Counted from the stretch's first letter, positions 31,410 through 44,236 are shown. The stretch is DNA of 64,000 nucleotides from an uncultured Methanoregulaceae archaeon (GCA_963705255.1 OY970061.1:1408001-1472000), one strand, 5' to 3'. Numbers and translations are program-made. Notes: generated by a model from the letters alone, not told the origin.

Positions 31410-31776
31410 CAGATCAGCAATCCGGAAAACTATTCATCGACCCATTCATTTTTCCTGGTAATATAGCTGACTGAACGGGAAACTGCCCGGTCTGTTGTTT
31501 GAAGTTATGGATTTGATCACGTTTCCTGCCGGTGCGCATCCCGGGAAAGTTACCGGGACACTTCTCGCACAGAATAAATCCCTGAACTCGATCCGATAAA
31601 AAAGGGGGCATCCCGACTGTGCTGATTGTTCGGAAAATGGCGCAGGTTAGTGATATGCGGAAACGGATCCGCAATCAAGGCAGTCCCGATTGCAGGTAGA
31701 ATGCTGAACAGACCCGCGCAACCGGGAACGGGGATGGTAATGGGATACAGCAGATTGTGAGATCCTTTAAAATACC

Positions 31777-33312
31777 TCACGCAACCCGGACGATTGCGCC
31801 GTGGTTGCTGGCCGTGGTGAGAAGGGTTGTTCCGTCGCAGGCCTGCTCTGCCATGAATGTCCGTGCTGCCCGCTCGAGGTCCTGCATTCCCGTATCCCCG
31901 ATGGCGTAGACCGCAGGGCCGAACGAGCTCATACCTGCCCCGGCGGCGCCGCCCTCGCGCAGGGTGGAGAGAAGGGCGGTGACAAGAGGCGACTGAAAGC
32001 TCGAGCTCGACTTTCTTGAACCCGAGGCCCTGGATGGTATTGATGGAGGAGCCGAAAAGGTCGAGGTCGCGCTCGACAATACCGGGGAGCATCCGCATCA
32101 TCACCTCGTGGGTGAGGGCCCGGACCTCGTCGAGCGGGACCGGACAGAACCGCCGGAAGATATCCGCTTCATGGCCCCCGCTGGCGCCGGCCGGGAGGTC
32201 GGGGATGGCGAGCAAGATCTTCCAGTCGGCCGGCATCTCATGGCGGACGATAACCGGCGGGGGGCTGACACCCCGCGAAGCGGATGACGGGCGGAAATCT
32301 AATTTCTCCCCCCTGCCCCGAACCGGTGCCCCCCATCGATGATGAAACCCCCGTGATCGAATGCCGCGGTGCCGATGCCGGAGGTCCCGCCCCGGCCCGT
32401 GAGCCGGGCGAGTTCCCGTGTAGTGAGCTGCCGTCCGTGGAGCTCGGCGATCGCCCGGGCCACAGCAAGCGAGAGCTGCGACCCGCTCCCGAGGCCGACA
32501 TGGGAGGGGTACATCTTCCTGACCGTGATCGCAACGCTTCCGCCCAGCCCCAGTTCCTGCAGTATGCCCGCTGCAACCTGCCCGATCCGCTCCCGCGTGG
32601 CCGGGTCACAACCGCACACAGTCAGGACCGGGGAGAGCTCTGCTTCCAGCAGGATACCGGGTTCGTCGAGAGTGATGCCGATGCCGCCGTCAACCCGGCC
32701 CGATCCGCCGTGCATGTCGATGAGCGATACGTGGACCCGCGAGGGCGTGTTCACGACAACCCGCCGCCGGTCGAGGAACCGGTTGTAGGGGAACTGCTCC
32801 TCGATGAAGATGAGCGGTTTGCCGCCGTGGATGATCTGGTACTGGCGGGAGAGGAGCGGTTCGTTCCTGCAGATGGAGAATACCCTGCCGGCCTCTTCCG
32901 TGGCAGGTAGGACGCGGGCAGTAAGGATCTCCCGCCGTGCCTCGATGTTGTGCTGCCTGATGATCTTTCCGATGGGGATGTCCGCCTTCATCAGGTCGTC
33001 CTTGAAGTCCGGGGAGAGACGCCGGACGGGCGTGTGGGATATCGCGTAGATGAGCACCTCCCCGCTCTCTTCCGTTGAGATCTCCACGATCCGGAAGTTG
33101 ACCGGGTCGCCCTCGGCAATGTTCAGGTTGCCGGCAGCAGTGCCGTCAGCAGGGACGATCTCCTGAACGAGAGTCCTGATGACGACTTTTTTTCCGGTGA
33201 TCGATTCGAGGATCTGGGTGACCGAACCGTCCGTGCCGAGAAGAAATTTCTGGACGGGCGAGATCCTGCCCACCTGTGCCTCCATCTCCCGGATTGCCTC
33301 TGCGATGTCCAT
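31777..33312 (-). CDS. mptG: Fusion of UbiC-like chorismate lyase (DUF98) and beta-RFAP synthase MptG; several frameshifts in the 3' part
   Basis: LLGTDGSVT, ADIPIGKI, FIEEQFP; then TPSRVH, RVDGGIG, HVGLGSGSQ, GRGGTSGIG, GMSSFGP. Confidence 0.85.
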
Positions 33313-33403
33313 CCCAAGAACCTTATCACGGGAAATAATAAGGATGCTGATGCACCACTGCCCATTCCGCGAAAAACAAAAAAATTCCGGAACGATCCGC
33401 TGT

Positions 33404-33787
33404 TCACTGCATCTTCCGGGACCTGCCGGGCCGCCGGGCCGCTGCGGGGCCGGGAAGCACGGCTGCCGGCACCCGTGCGGTGATCTCCGCAAAGGATTCT
33501 GTGGTGAGCCGCCCTTTTTTGCCGATCACCGCGCCGCTCCGGAGGCAGATTACCCGTGATGTCATCACGTAACTCTCGCCAAAGAGGTCGAGACCCCCGG
33601 TAGCAAAATCGTCGATGGAGAGTGGCAGGCTGGGCGCATCGGACGGCGGCTTGCTGCTGACCGGGCAGACATGGATCCTGCCGGGCTCTTCTGTCCGGAT
33701 CACCACCACCGGCCGTGTCTTTGGCGCGGTCCGGTCATCCAGTGCAACGGAAGCAAGGAGGACATCGCCCTTCACGTACTGCCCCAT
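33404..33787 (-). CDS. PemK/MazF-like protein
   Basis: KGDVLL, PKTRPVVVI, VCPVSS, GGL...SYV, KKGRL. Confidence 0.75.
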   Translation of the reverse strand: MGQYVKGDVLLASVALDDRTAPKTRPVVVIRTEEPGRIHVCPVSSKPPSDAPSLPLSIDDFATGGLDLFGESYVMTSRVICLRSGAVIGKKGRLTTESFAEITARVPAAVLPGPAAARRPGRSRKMQ

Positions 33788-34237
33788 GGATAAATATCCG
33801 GCATGGTACGGCATAAGGGGTTGGGTTGCAGCTGCAGAGGTCCGGCAGAGCAGATCCTGGTAACGGGGATCGTGATACCCTCTGGAGGTCGTGGCCAGGG
33901 TCTTCGGGAATAGTACTCAAATAAGGCCGATACGCTCTCTGTTGGGTAATCCGGCGATCCCGTTCTCCGGCTGCACAGGAAATGCTGTCCACGCGCAAGG
34001 AAAATCCTGAAAATTACCAGTATTTTTCGAAAATGACTTCAAAATAGAACCGGAGAACCTGCAAAATAGCGGCCCGCAGGCAGCCCCCGTTTCTGCAACA
34101 GGGTACAGCAGGTCCGGAAGAACCGGAGGCCGATCTTCCGGATCACCCCGGACCAGAAGGGGGCAGCCGGCTCCATCCCGCCCACCTGGGTGGCAGGATG
34201 CAGAATACTTTATCCGAAGAATATCATAGGGAAATTC

Positions 34238-34570
34238 ATGACGCGCTGCGATCACTGCGGCAACGAGACTGCACTGCCGTATACCTGCCAGCACTGCGGG
34301 GGGAAATTCTGCGCTGACTGCCGGCTCCCGCCAAACCATGCCTGTACGGGAATCGGCAGCTGGAACAGAAAACCCCGGCCTGCGGTTGGCATGAACTACA
34401 GCCGGGGCGGCGGGGTGACAGCAACCGGAGGGGGCGCCGCAGAACCCCGGCGCGGGACAGTGAAAAAAGCGGCCGGGGAGATCCCATCCCTGAAGATCAC
34501 TGCGCTCATCATTGCCGTGATCCTGCTGGGGCTCGCGTGGCTCGTGCTCAGCGGGTACCGGTTCGGATGA
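34238..34570 (+). CDS. AN1-type zinc finger protein with C-terminal TM helix
   Basis: CDHCG, PYTCQHCGGKFCADCRLPPNHAC. Confidence 0.8.
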   Translation: MTRCDHCGNETALPYTCQHCGGKFCADCRLPPNHACTGIGSWNRKPRPAVGMNYSRGGGVTATGGGAAEPRRGTVKKAAGEIPSLKITALIIAVILLGLAWLVLSGYRFG

Positions 34571-34734
34571 GGATGCAGTCTCCGTCTACATCATGAGGAT
34601 GAAGAAGATCACCCGGATCCTTCGTTCGATACCAATTTCGATACGGTTGAAGGGATCGCCCGGTTGTTCTCATGAGAATGAGTATTCCATCTCCCTCTTA
34701 ACCCCCGCCGCCCTATCTCCTGAGCAGGAATACC

Positions 34735-35403
34735 ATGAAGATCCTCGCCATTCACGGAAGCCCCCGGACGATCCGGAGCATGACGCGAAAACTTGCCGGC
34801 TTTGTACTTGAAGGAGCGGCGGAGCAGGGTGCGGAGACGGAGATGATCGACCTCTGCGATTACCGGGTCACGCCCTGCACGGCCTGCGAAGGCTGCTCGT
34901 TCAACGGGATATGTGTATTCGACGACGATGTCCTGGCCATCGTTGAGAGGATGAAGGAAGCGGACGGGATCGTCTTCGCATCACCGGTGTATATCGACAA
35001 TGTCTCCGGCCAGATGAAGGTCTTCTTCGACCGGCTCGCGGACGCGATCCACTACCAGCTGCTCTCCGGAAAATACGGGTGCTCGGTCGCCACCACGCAC
35101 GAGTCCGGCGGCAACGAGGTGGTCTCGTACCTGAACCATGTCCAGAACTATCTGGGGGTGATTTCCGTCGGGGGGCTCAGGGTTGCCACGGGCGGGAACC
35201 CGGAGACCGTGGATGCACACGAGCCGGCAGCACGGGCCCTCGGCAGGAAACTCGCGGATGCGATCTCGGTCGGGTACTCTGATCCAGGCCAGGAGGCGAT
35301 CCTTGCAGATAACCGGGCGTATTTCAGGACGCTCGTGGAAGAGAACAAGGATCTCCGCCCCGTGGAGTATGAGCGGTGGGTGCGGATGGGCTGGATCACG
35401 TAA
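34735..35403 (+). CDS. Iron-sulfur flavoprotein (Isf) / flavodoxin-family protein
   Basis: HGSPR, CTACEGC...C, ADGIVFASPVY. Confidence 0.88.
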   Translation: MKILAIHGSPRTIRSMTRKLAGFVLEGAAEQGAETEMIDLCDYRVTPCTACEGCSFNGICVFDDDVLAIVERMKEADGIVFASPVYIDNVSGQMKVFFDRLADAIHYQLLSGKYGCSVATTHESGGNEVVSYLNHVQNYLGVISVGGLRVATGGNPETVDAHEPAARALGRKLADAISVGYSDPGQEAILADNRAYFRTLVEENKDLRPVEYERWVRMGWIT

Positions 35404-35492
35404 ACACGCGGATAACCTGCCGGGCCGGATCCTGCCCGCGAAAGGAAACCGGAAAACCGGTACCCGTATCGGAATTTATTTCGAAAAAGGAG

Positions 35493-36065
35493 TCAGTAGT
35501 TTTCTGCCACCAGCTCGAAGTACGCCTGCGGGTGATCGCAGACCGGGCACTTCGCAGGTGCGATCTTCCCGTCATGGACAAACCCGCAGTTCCGGCAGTA
35601 CCATTTCGAGGGCATCTCGGATTTGAAGACGGTTCCGTTTACCAGGTTCGCATGCAGTTTCACGTACCGCGCCTCGTGGTGGACCTCCACTTCCGCGACC
35701 ATCTTGAAGAGATAGGCGATCTCCCCGAATCCCTCTTTCTTCGCGGTTGCTGCAAATGCGGGGTAGAGCGTGCCCCACTCCATCTGTTCGCCCGCGGCTG
35801 CTGCCGCGAGGTTCTCCTTCGTGATCCCGATCATACCGGCAGGATAGGCCGCAGTGATCTCCACCGCGCCGCCTTTGAGCTGTTTGAAGAAGAGTTTCCC
35901 ATGCTCTTTCTCCTCTTCTGCGGTCTGCTGGAAGATCGCCGCGATCTGCTCGTAGCCCTCCTTCCGTGCTGCACTTGCAAAGAACGTGTACCGGTTCCGT
36001 GCCTGTGACTCGCCGGCAAATGCCGCAAGCAGGTTCTTTTCCGTCATACTCCCGTGGAACTTCAT
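35493..36065 (-). CDS. rbr: Rubrerythrin
   Basis: [27 protein letters not shown] and CPVC rubredoxin domain. Confidence 0.93.
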   Translation of the reverse strand: MKFHGSMTEKNLLAAFAGESQARNRYTFFASAARKEGYEQIAAIFQQTAEEEKEHGKLFFKQLKGGAVEITAAYPAGMIGITKENLAAAAAGEQMEWGTLYPAFAATAKKEGFGEIAYLFKMVAEVEVHHEARYVKLHANLVNGTVFKSEMPSKWYCRNCGFVHDGKIAPAKCPVCDHPQAYFELVAENY

Positions 36066-36257
36066 GGTAAAATCTCCGGTGGGATCTTTTTTTCCGGGAA
36101 GATATACCCAGCGGTCAGCGCATAGCCGGGTCCAGTAGCCAGGTTCTGGTATCAGGGCCTGGTCCCGGGACGGAAGGTTACCTCCGCGAAGCGTTGAGGG
36201 CAACCCCCGGCGTCCCGATCCATGCCTTTATCATGCCTGCCGCCGGAAATCCGGTAG

Positions 36258-36449
36258 ATGTCAAAAAAAGAGCATGTTATGAAGATGGTAGATGAGTCAA
36301 CAGGACTCATGGAGTGCCTTGTCTGCGGTGAACGGCGCCACGCGGTCATGAAAGCGGGGCCTGACGGGAAATTCCTCCCTGAGAACTGGGAATGCGTGAA
36401 CAAGTGCAGACTGATCCGGGACGATGCCGGCGCAGGAAAAAAGAAGTAA
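36258..36449 (+). CDS. Small CxxC protein
   Basis: 63 aa with CLVCG and ECVNKC. Confidence 0.55.
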   Translation: MSKKEHVMKMVDESTGLMECLVCGERRHAVMKAGPDGKFLPENWECVNKCRLIRDDAGAGKKK

Positions 36450-36577
36450 CTCCTCTTTTCTGTCTCTGTCCGGGCCGGCTTCCAGTACCCGGAGATCACT
36501 CTCTTTCGGGGCCGGCCCGGAGAGGGAGTGGTAATGGTTCATCCCCTTCGCCGGATACCCGGCCGGTCTCCGGTCAG

Positions 36578-39500
36578 TTACCGGGGTTCTTTCCCGCTCC
36601 TGTATGCTCCTTTCGGCACCGTGATCTCGAACCGGGCGCCTTTGCCATGGGTCCCCGTCTCGTGGATGAATATACCAGTGATAGCCAGGATCTCCCGGGC
36701 AAGGAAGAGGCCAAACCCCGTATTCTTGCCATATCCTTTCTCAAAGATCTTCTGTTTCACGTCGAGCGGGATCCCGATGCCGTTGTCCTGGACAGTTATC
36801 ACCATCTCTTCGCCCTCGATCCCGCACCTGACCGTGATTGCTGTCACCCGCTGCCCGTGCCGGACCGCATTGTCGAAGAGGTTGAAAAAAACCTTCTCGA
36901 GCATCGGGTCGGCGAATATCTCATAACTCCCGCAGGAGTAGGTAACGGCCAGGTTCTGGGGTTCAGCGGCTTTGACAACATCCCTGATCCGGTACCATGC
37001 AGGGGTCTCGACCCCCAGTTCCTGGTAGGTCCGCGTAAACTCGATCTGCCGCTGGATCATGCTTACTGCTTTCTCGATCTTGGCAAGGAACCCCGCAATG
37101 ACAGGATCGGGCCTGGTGTGCTGGGAGAGCTGGGTATACCCGAGCACGATGGTGAGCTGGTTTGCAACATCGTGGCGGGTGATGCTGTTGAGGAGGTTCA
37201 GTTTCTCGTTGGCCCGGTGGAGGGCTTCTTCAGCCTGCTTCCTGCCGGTCATATCCCGGAGAGCGACAATATTTGCCGGATCTCCCTGGTACTGGATCTT
37301 CGTACCGATCGATTCGATCCAGATGCCCTTTCCATCCGGAGCCCACGCCCGGTAGGTCTGGAGGTAGCTGTCGGTTCCCGAGATGACATTCTGCATGTCC
37401 CGGATAACAGTATCCCGGTATTCCGGTGAGATGAAATCAAGGATATTTTTCCCGATCACGAGCGCCGGGTCCGGTATCCCGAACATCCGGAGGATACTTG
37501 GGTTCACGTAGAGGATCTTCCCCGTGAAGTCCTGGATGAGAACACCGTCGAATGCAAAGTCCGTGAGGATCCGGTAGCGCTCCTCGCTCTCCTGCAGGTT
37601 TTTCTCAATGGCGCGGCGGCCGGAAATATCCCGGCACAGGGTGATGATCCGGCCGATCCCGCCCTCGCGGATAAGCGTTGCATTGATCTCGACCGGCGTA
37701 ATATGGCCCGCGGCGTCCACATAATCGATCTCAAAATTCCTTATGAGCCCGTCACGGACGCATTGCTGTACCGCAGCGGTATTTTTCTCCCTCTCGTAAC
37801 CGGCTGTCCAGTCAAGTACGCTCCGCCCGAGGATCTCTTCAAGATCCGTATGGCCGGTCAGGGCGACATACCTGGCATTGGCATCGAGCACCTTCCCCTC
37901 ATTATCGATAATCACGTAGCCGGTATCTGTCGTTTCGACGAGGGAGCGGTACTTTTCCTCGCTTGCCCTGAGTGCCTCGCCGCTATGCGCCAGATTCTCA
38001 TACTGCTGCCGGAGCTCTTCTTCCACCGCGGTAAGCTGTTCATAGGCTTCCTTCAGCCGGGACTCGCTCTCTTTCCTCGAGGTGATGTCAAAGATGACCC
38101 CCGAGAATATCAGTTCGTTTCCATGGACGACCGGGCTTGACATGGCCTGGAACCAGATCGTCTCTCCGGTGGGTTTGACGAACCGCCCCTCGAAATTCCA
38201 CTTTTCAGGGTCTTTCACCACGTGAGCGACAGTCTCCATGAACCGCGGCAGGTCGTCTGGATGGACATGGCTTACAAACCACGGGAAGAAATCGGTGATG
38301 GTCTGGTCAACCCCGAAGATCTCCCCGGAACGGGCACTCACGTACGATAGCCCCATGCTCCCGTCGGGCCTGGCAAAGAACTGGTAGATAACCCCCGGCA
38401 CGTTGGCTGCAATCTCCTCCAGCTGCTGCTGCCGCTTCCGTACCTCCTGCTCGCTCCTCACGAGTTCCTCGGTACTGGCCGCGGAGCTCTTCCTCGGCAG
38501 CCATCAGCTGCTCGTTTGCGACCCGCAGTTCGTCCTCGGTCTGCTTCTGCTCCGTAATGTCCCGGATGGACTGGATGGCGCCGGCAACCTCACCCTTCTC
38601 ATTGCAGAGCGCCCGTGCCTTGCACCACAGATCGACACGGTGCCCGTTCAGGACCGCATTGTCGGTTTCCGCAGTCAGGGTATTGCCGGATTTTTTTATG
38701 GAGATGTACATCTTTTCCGCTTCGTCATCCGGCCTGAGGAGATGGTCGGCAAGGATGGGCCTCCGGACACCGTAGAACGGGACCGCATAGTCATAGTCCC
38801 CCTTCCCGATCATGTCTGCCGCGGGTATGCCGGTCATCTCTTCGATGGCATGGTTCCATGCGATGACATGGCCGCTCGTATCGATTGCAAACGTAGCATC
38901 GGGAAGGAAGTCGATGATCTCTGCCAGCCTTTTCTCTGATTCATGGAGTGCCTGTTCCGCCTGCTTCTGCCGGGTGTTGTCTATAAAGGTCTCGAGGAGG
39001 CAGGCTCGCCCCTGAAGGTCGATCGGGACGACGTACTTGATGATGGATACGCTGGACCCGTCAGCGGTCAGGAGGACGCGTTCGCTGTTGTCCACTGCCT
39101 GGCCCATATCTGAAACCGGGCACTTTCCCTGTTCAGCCGGGCAGATAAACTGGTGGCAGGGTTTCCCGATGAGGTTCTCTTTCTTCCCCCGGTACATCCT
39201 GACCGCCGAAGGATTGAGATCGAGGATCTCGTGGGTCGCTGCATCGATGATGGCGATCCCTGCCTGCACGGCTCCAAAAATGCGCTTGAGATACTCCTCG
39301 CTTGCCTTCAGGCTCTGTTCGCTCTCCCTGAGCGCCTGTTCTGCCCTCCTCCGGGACACGACCTGCCGTACCTGGTGGGCCAGTTCAGCGAACTGAACAT
39401 CCGGGTCGCCACCTTTCTGCAGGTAAAAGTCCGCGCCGTTGTTGATCGCCTCGATGACCACCTCTTCACGCCCCCGGCCGGTGAAGAGGATGAACGGTAT

Positions 39501-39722
39501 ATCTCCAAATGAGCGGCGTACGTTCTTCAGGAGCTCGATGCCGTCCATCCCCGGCATCTGGTAATCGGCAATGATGGCATCGTACGGTTTTTTTGCCAGT
39601 TCGGCAAGTGCCTCCTCCCCAGACAGGACGGTCCTGACATTGAACTCCCCGGTACTTTCGAGGAAGATCTGGCCGATCTCGAGCAGGTTCGGCTCGTCAT
39701 CAACATACAGGAGGGAAAACAT
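36578..39722 (-). CDS. Receiver-PAS(x5)-histidine kinase; frameshift near 38472
   Basis: LLYVDDE receiver, several PAS/PAC repeats, ITRHDVANQ, ADPMLEKVFFNLFDNA, GFGLFL. Confidence 0.9.
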
Positions 39723-39848
39723 TTCATGGCCCCGGGCGGTGCGTCAGGCAGGTTGTCTGTCGAAGATGCAATTGTCTTGATAAAAGATGAATGTTCCGAG
39801 TTGCGGAGCCGGGTTGCATACCGGTGGGAAAAACAGGACCGGCCCGAA

Positions 39849-40091
39849 ATGAACAGGCCCCCGGGCCTGATCGACATGGGGATGATTGCGTCCATCTTCC
39901 TCCTCTCCTCCGCGTTCCAGAAAGGGCTCCCGCAGAAGCAGCTCCCGCCTTACATCCTCCTCGCGGTCCTGCTCATCTCCTTTCTCATCCCCCTTGCGGT
40001 CTTCATTACCCGGGGAATCAGTTTTGCATCCCTGGTCACGCTGCTCAACTTCTTTGGCTGCGGGTCGCTCGTCACCACCGGGAGTTTTTAA
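39849..40091 (+). CDS. Small hydrophobic hypothetical protein or fragment
   Basis: Hydrophobic segments only. Confidence 0.3.
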   Translation: MNRPPGLIDMGMIASIFLLSSAFQKGLPQKQLPPYILLAVLLISFLIPLAVFITRGISFASLVTLLNFFGCGSLVTTGSF

Positions 40092-40378
40092 GGATATCGT
40101 CATAGAGAACCGTGATCTCCGCCCCGATGACTACGAGGGGTGGGTGCGGTTGGGATGGATCGGATGAATCAAAACGGATTATCATTCAGGCAGACGGGAA
40201 GGGAGAGCAGGGAACTGACTGTCCCGGATCAGCCAGGGACCCAGGGTGATTGTTCCGTTTCACCCTTCTCCTTTTCAAGCCTTTGTTGACCGGTACGTTG
40301 CACTGACCCTCCGGTAACACCATTGCGAACAATTAAGTGCGGCTGCCCTTACCATTCAGATAGGTACACGGGTTTACC

Positions 40379-42149
40379 ATGAATGACATCCAGCGCCTTT
40401 TTATCCTGTGGAAGGATTACCGGAAGGTACCTACTCCTCTCAATCCTCCTCACGATTGGCGGGGCGATCGGCACGCTCGCCATCCCCGCCCTCTCGCAGG
40501 CCCTGATCGATCAGGGCATCCGCAACAGCGACCTCCCCCTGGTCATCCGGTACGGGGGGTACATGTTCGTCCTCACGCTCGTTGCCGCAGCCTGCCAGGT
40601 TCTCAATACGATCATCGCGGTGCGATTCTCCGAAGAGACCGCCGATTACCTACGGACCGGCGCGTACGACCGGGTCCAGCAGCTCTCGTTCGGCAACCTT
40701 GATCGTTTCCGGTCAAGTGACCTCCTCGTCCGGCTCACGAACGATATCCAGAACATCAAGATTGCCATCCAGCAGGGGATCCTTAACCTGCCGCTCGTGC
40801 CGGTCATGCTCGTCATCACTATCCTGCTGATTGCCCTCCGCTCTCCGGCCCTGATCTGGCTCATGATCGTGCTCCTCGTCGTGTTTGCCGCTCTACTCGG
40901 GGCATACCTCTGGGTCGTGCTCGCGATCTTCGCGGACCGGGAGGAGAAGGTCGACGCGATGAGCGGGGCGCTGCAGGAGAGCATGACCGGGATCCGGGTG
41001 GTCAAGGCATTCGTGCGCCAGACGTTCGAGAACCAACGGTTCGCCCGGTCGGCCGGGGAAGTGAAAGCCGTCTCGGTCCATGCCCAGACCTGGATCGCCG
41101 TCCTGATCCCGGCAATGCTGCTGGCGGTCAACCTTGCGGTTGTCGCGATCTTCTGGGTCGGGGGATTTGCGGCTTTGTCCGGGGCGGGTTTTTCAACCGG
41201 CGAGGTGATTGCGTCCGTACAGTACCTCTTCCTCCTCATCATGCCGTTTATGATTCTCGGGACGGTCCTGCCGGCGATCTCGGCCGCACGCCCCTCCCTT
41301 GGGAGGATCTTCGAAGTCCTCGATACGCAGGCTGACGTGACCGACAGCGACCATCCCGTCGCCCCGGACCCGGCATCGGTACAGGGCAGGCTCGTCTTCG
41401 ACGGGGTGAGCTTCGGGTACCGGGAGAGCGACGGGACGCCGGGCCCGCTCGTCCTGCAGGAGATCAGTTTCACTGCAGGGCCCGGCGAGACGATCGGCTT
41501 TCTGGGCCCCACCGGTTCCGGCAAGTCGACGCTCGTGCACCTCGTCCCCCGGTTCTATGACCGCACCGCGGGGAGTATAACGATCGACGGCATCGATATC
41601 CGGCAGATCCCGCAGGATACGCTCCGGGAGATCGTGGGGATCTGCCTCCAGCAGCCGACCCTCTTCTTCGGCACGATCCGGGAGAACCTCCTCTTTGCGG
41701 CAAAAGACCAGTCTGACGAGAATATGATCGCAGCCGCAACCGATGCGGATGCAGACGGGTTCATCCGGAACATCCCCCTGCAGTACGACGACACCGTTGC
41801 CCGGCACGGCACGAACTTCTCCGGCGGCCAGCGGCAGCGCCTCGCGATCACCCGCACGCTTGCCGCACAGCCCAGGATCCTGATCCTTGACGACAGCACC
41901 AGCGCCTGCGATGTCGCTACCGAGGCGAGGATCCAGGATGCGATCAACCGCCGGTTCTCGAAGGTCACCAAGCTCCTCGTGGCGCAGCGGATCAGCACCG
42001 TCATCGCAGCGGACCGGATCATCCTGTTGGAGAACGGTAGGATCGCGACCTCCGGCACCCACGAGGAGCTCCTGCGCACGAGCTCCCAGTACCGGGAGAT
42101 CTACGATTCCCAGCTCGGGAAAGGCGTGACCGCCGGGGGTGCGCCATGA
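40379..42149 (+). CDS. Heterodimeric ABC exporter subunit 1 (TMD+NBD, degenerate DD site); N-terminal frameshift
   Basis: GPTGSGKST, FSGGQRQR, ILDDSTSA; true start MNDIQRLF at 40379. Confidence 0.9.
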
Positions 42150-43946
42150 GCGGCAGGCTGGCGAAGCGTGACGGCGAGACCATGCCCCCGATCATCCCCA
42201 CGACCGTGAGGTTCCTCCGGTACCTTGCCCCGTACCGGCTGAAACTTGCCGTCGTGATCCTCCTCATGGCCGTCTTCGCCCTGACGAACGCGGTCTTCTC
42301 CCTCGAACTCGGGACCGCCACCAATATCATTTCTGCAGGACGGGGGCCGACCGGGCCGCTGGAACAGGTAGTCCTCCTCCTCGCCGCTGCATCGGTCGTC
42401 ATCTGGGTATCGGGCACGGTCTCGCAGAAGCTCCTCTCCGGTATCTCGCAGGAGGCACTTCTCCGGCTCCGGACCGAACTCTTCAGCCACATCCAGACGC
42501 TCTCGCTCGACTTCTTCGACCGGCGGCCCATCGGCGAGCTGAATGAGCAGGGTTACGAACGACACCCAAGTGATCGAACAGTTCATCAACATCGGGATGC
42601 TCCAGACCGGGCAGGAGGTTATGACGATCGTCGTTACCAGCATCATCATGCTCGTTGTCAGCCCGGAACTGACGCTCCTCTCGTATATTGTCGTCTTCGC
42701 GCTCGTCGGGGTCTCCTGGCTGATCACGAGGACCTCCGGCCCTGCATTTGTCCTGTTGCAGGAGAAGACCGAGGACCTGAACGGCTTTGCGGAAGAGTGG
42801 CTGTCCGGCGCAAAGACGGTGATCGCATGCCGGCGTCAGGGTGAGGCATCGCGCAGGTTCGGGGCGATGAGCGGCAGGGTTGCAAAGACGGGCGTGAAGG
42901 CGCAGTTCTCCTCGCTCATCAGCCAGCAGGTCTCGAATGTCTTCACCACGGTCCTGATCGTCGTCCTCCTCGTCTTTGGCGGCATCATGGTCATGGAGGG
43001 GATGGCCGAGATCGGGATGCTGATCGCGTTCATTGCGTTCTCGTTCAACCTGCTGAACGCGTTCACGACCATCTTCTCGGTCTACGGCCAGATCCTGAAC
43101 GCGATCGTGGGAGCTGCCAGAGTCTTCGAGGTCCTTGACGAAGAGCCGACGGTAGCGGACCGGAAGGACGCCCCCGCGATGCCCCCCGTTGCCGGGGATG
43201 TGGTCTTCGACAACGTGGACTTCTCGTACATCCCGGGCCGCCGGGTGCTCTCAGGTAATTCGTTCCACACGAAGCCGGGACAGGTCTTCGGGCTCTGCGG
43301 GCCGACCGGCGCCGGCAAGAGCACCATCATCAATATCCTGACCCGGTACTACGATATCGCGGGGGGCTCGATTGCGGTCGATGGGAACGACGTGCGGTCC
43401 GTGAAACAGGACACCCTCCGTATCCAGATCGCCCAGGTGCTGCAGGAGCCGTTCCTCTTCTCGGACACCATCATGGCCAACCTGAAATATGCCCGGGAAG
43501 GGGCGACGGACGAGGAGTGTATCCAAGCGGCACGACAAGCGAACGCCCACGGATTCATCCTGCAGCAGCCGAAGGGATATAAGACCGTGCTCGTGGACGG
43601 GGGGGCGAACCTCTCGCAGGGCCAGCGTCAGATGCTCACCATCGCCCGGGCTATCGTGGCGAACCCCCGGATGCTGATCCTTGACGAAGCGACGTCCAAC
43701 GTGGATACCCGTACCGAGAAACTGATCCAGGAAGACCTCCTCGCGCTCCAGAAGGACAAGACCTCGTTCATTATCGCCCACCGGCTTTCCACGATCAGTC
43801 ACGCCGACCAGATCCTCGTCATCGACAAGGGGAGGATCATCGAACAGGGTACACACGCAGAACTGATGGGGAAGAAAGGATTCTATTACGAGCTCTACAT
43901 GAGCCAGTTCCGCGGGAAACTTGAAGGGGTCGTCAGAATAGAGTGA
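42146..43946 (+). CDS. Heterodimeric ABC exporter subunit 2 (TMD+NBD); frameshift near 42542
   Basis: GPTGAGKST, LSQGQRQ, ILDEATS, IAHRLST. Confidence 0.9.
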
Positions 43947-44103
43947 ACAGGAAATAACCACGACTTTTTTTAAGAACAACTGCCCACGGAAAGCAGGTTC
44001 ATGGGGCCTGATGTACGCTACCGGGATCTTCTGATCGCATCCGCCGCATCGCTGCCGGAAGGATGTACGTGAAAGCGTCTTGTCAGAAGAAAAATACGGA
44101 AAA

Positions 44104-44177
44104 CGGGCCTGAAGGGATTTGAACCCTTGACCTGCGGATTAAGAGTCCGCCGCTATGCCGAACTAAGTGACAGACCC
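44104..44177 (-). tRNA. tRNA-Lys (anticodon CTT)
   Basis: GGGTCTG/CAGGCCC acceptor stem, GCGGA-CTCTTAA-TCCGC anticodon arm, AAGGG-TTCAAAT-CCCTT T arm. Confidence 0.9.
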
Positions 44178-44236
44178 AAGCCAGTTAGACCTAATAATGT
44201 GGTCGATAATGCCGAATAAATGTTTTGGAATGGGGA

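Noticed and set aside
34600-44104. Integrated element at the 3' end of tRNA-Lys
   Set aside because: No integrase and no convincing duplicate of the tRNA 3' end seen.
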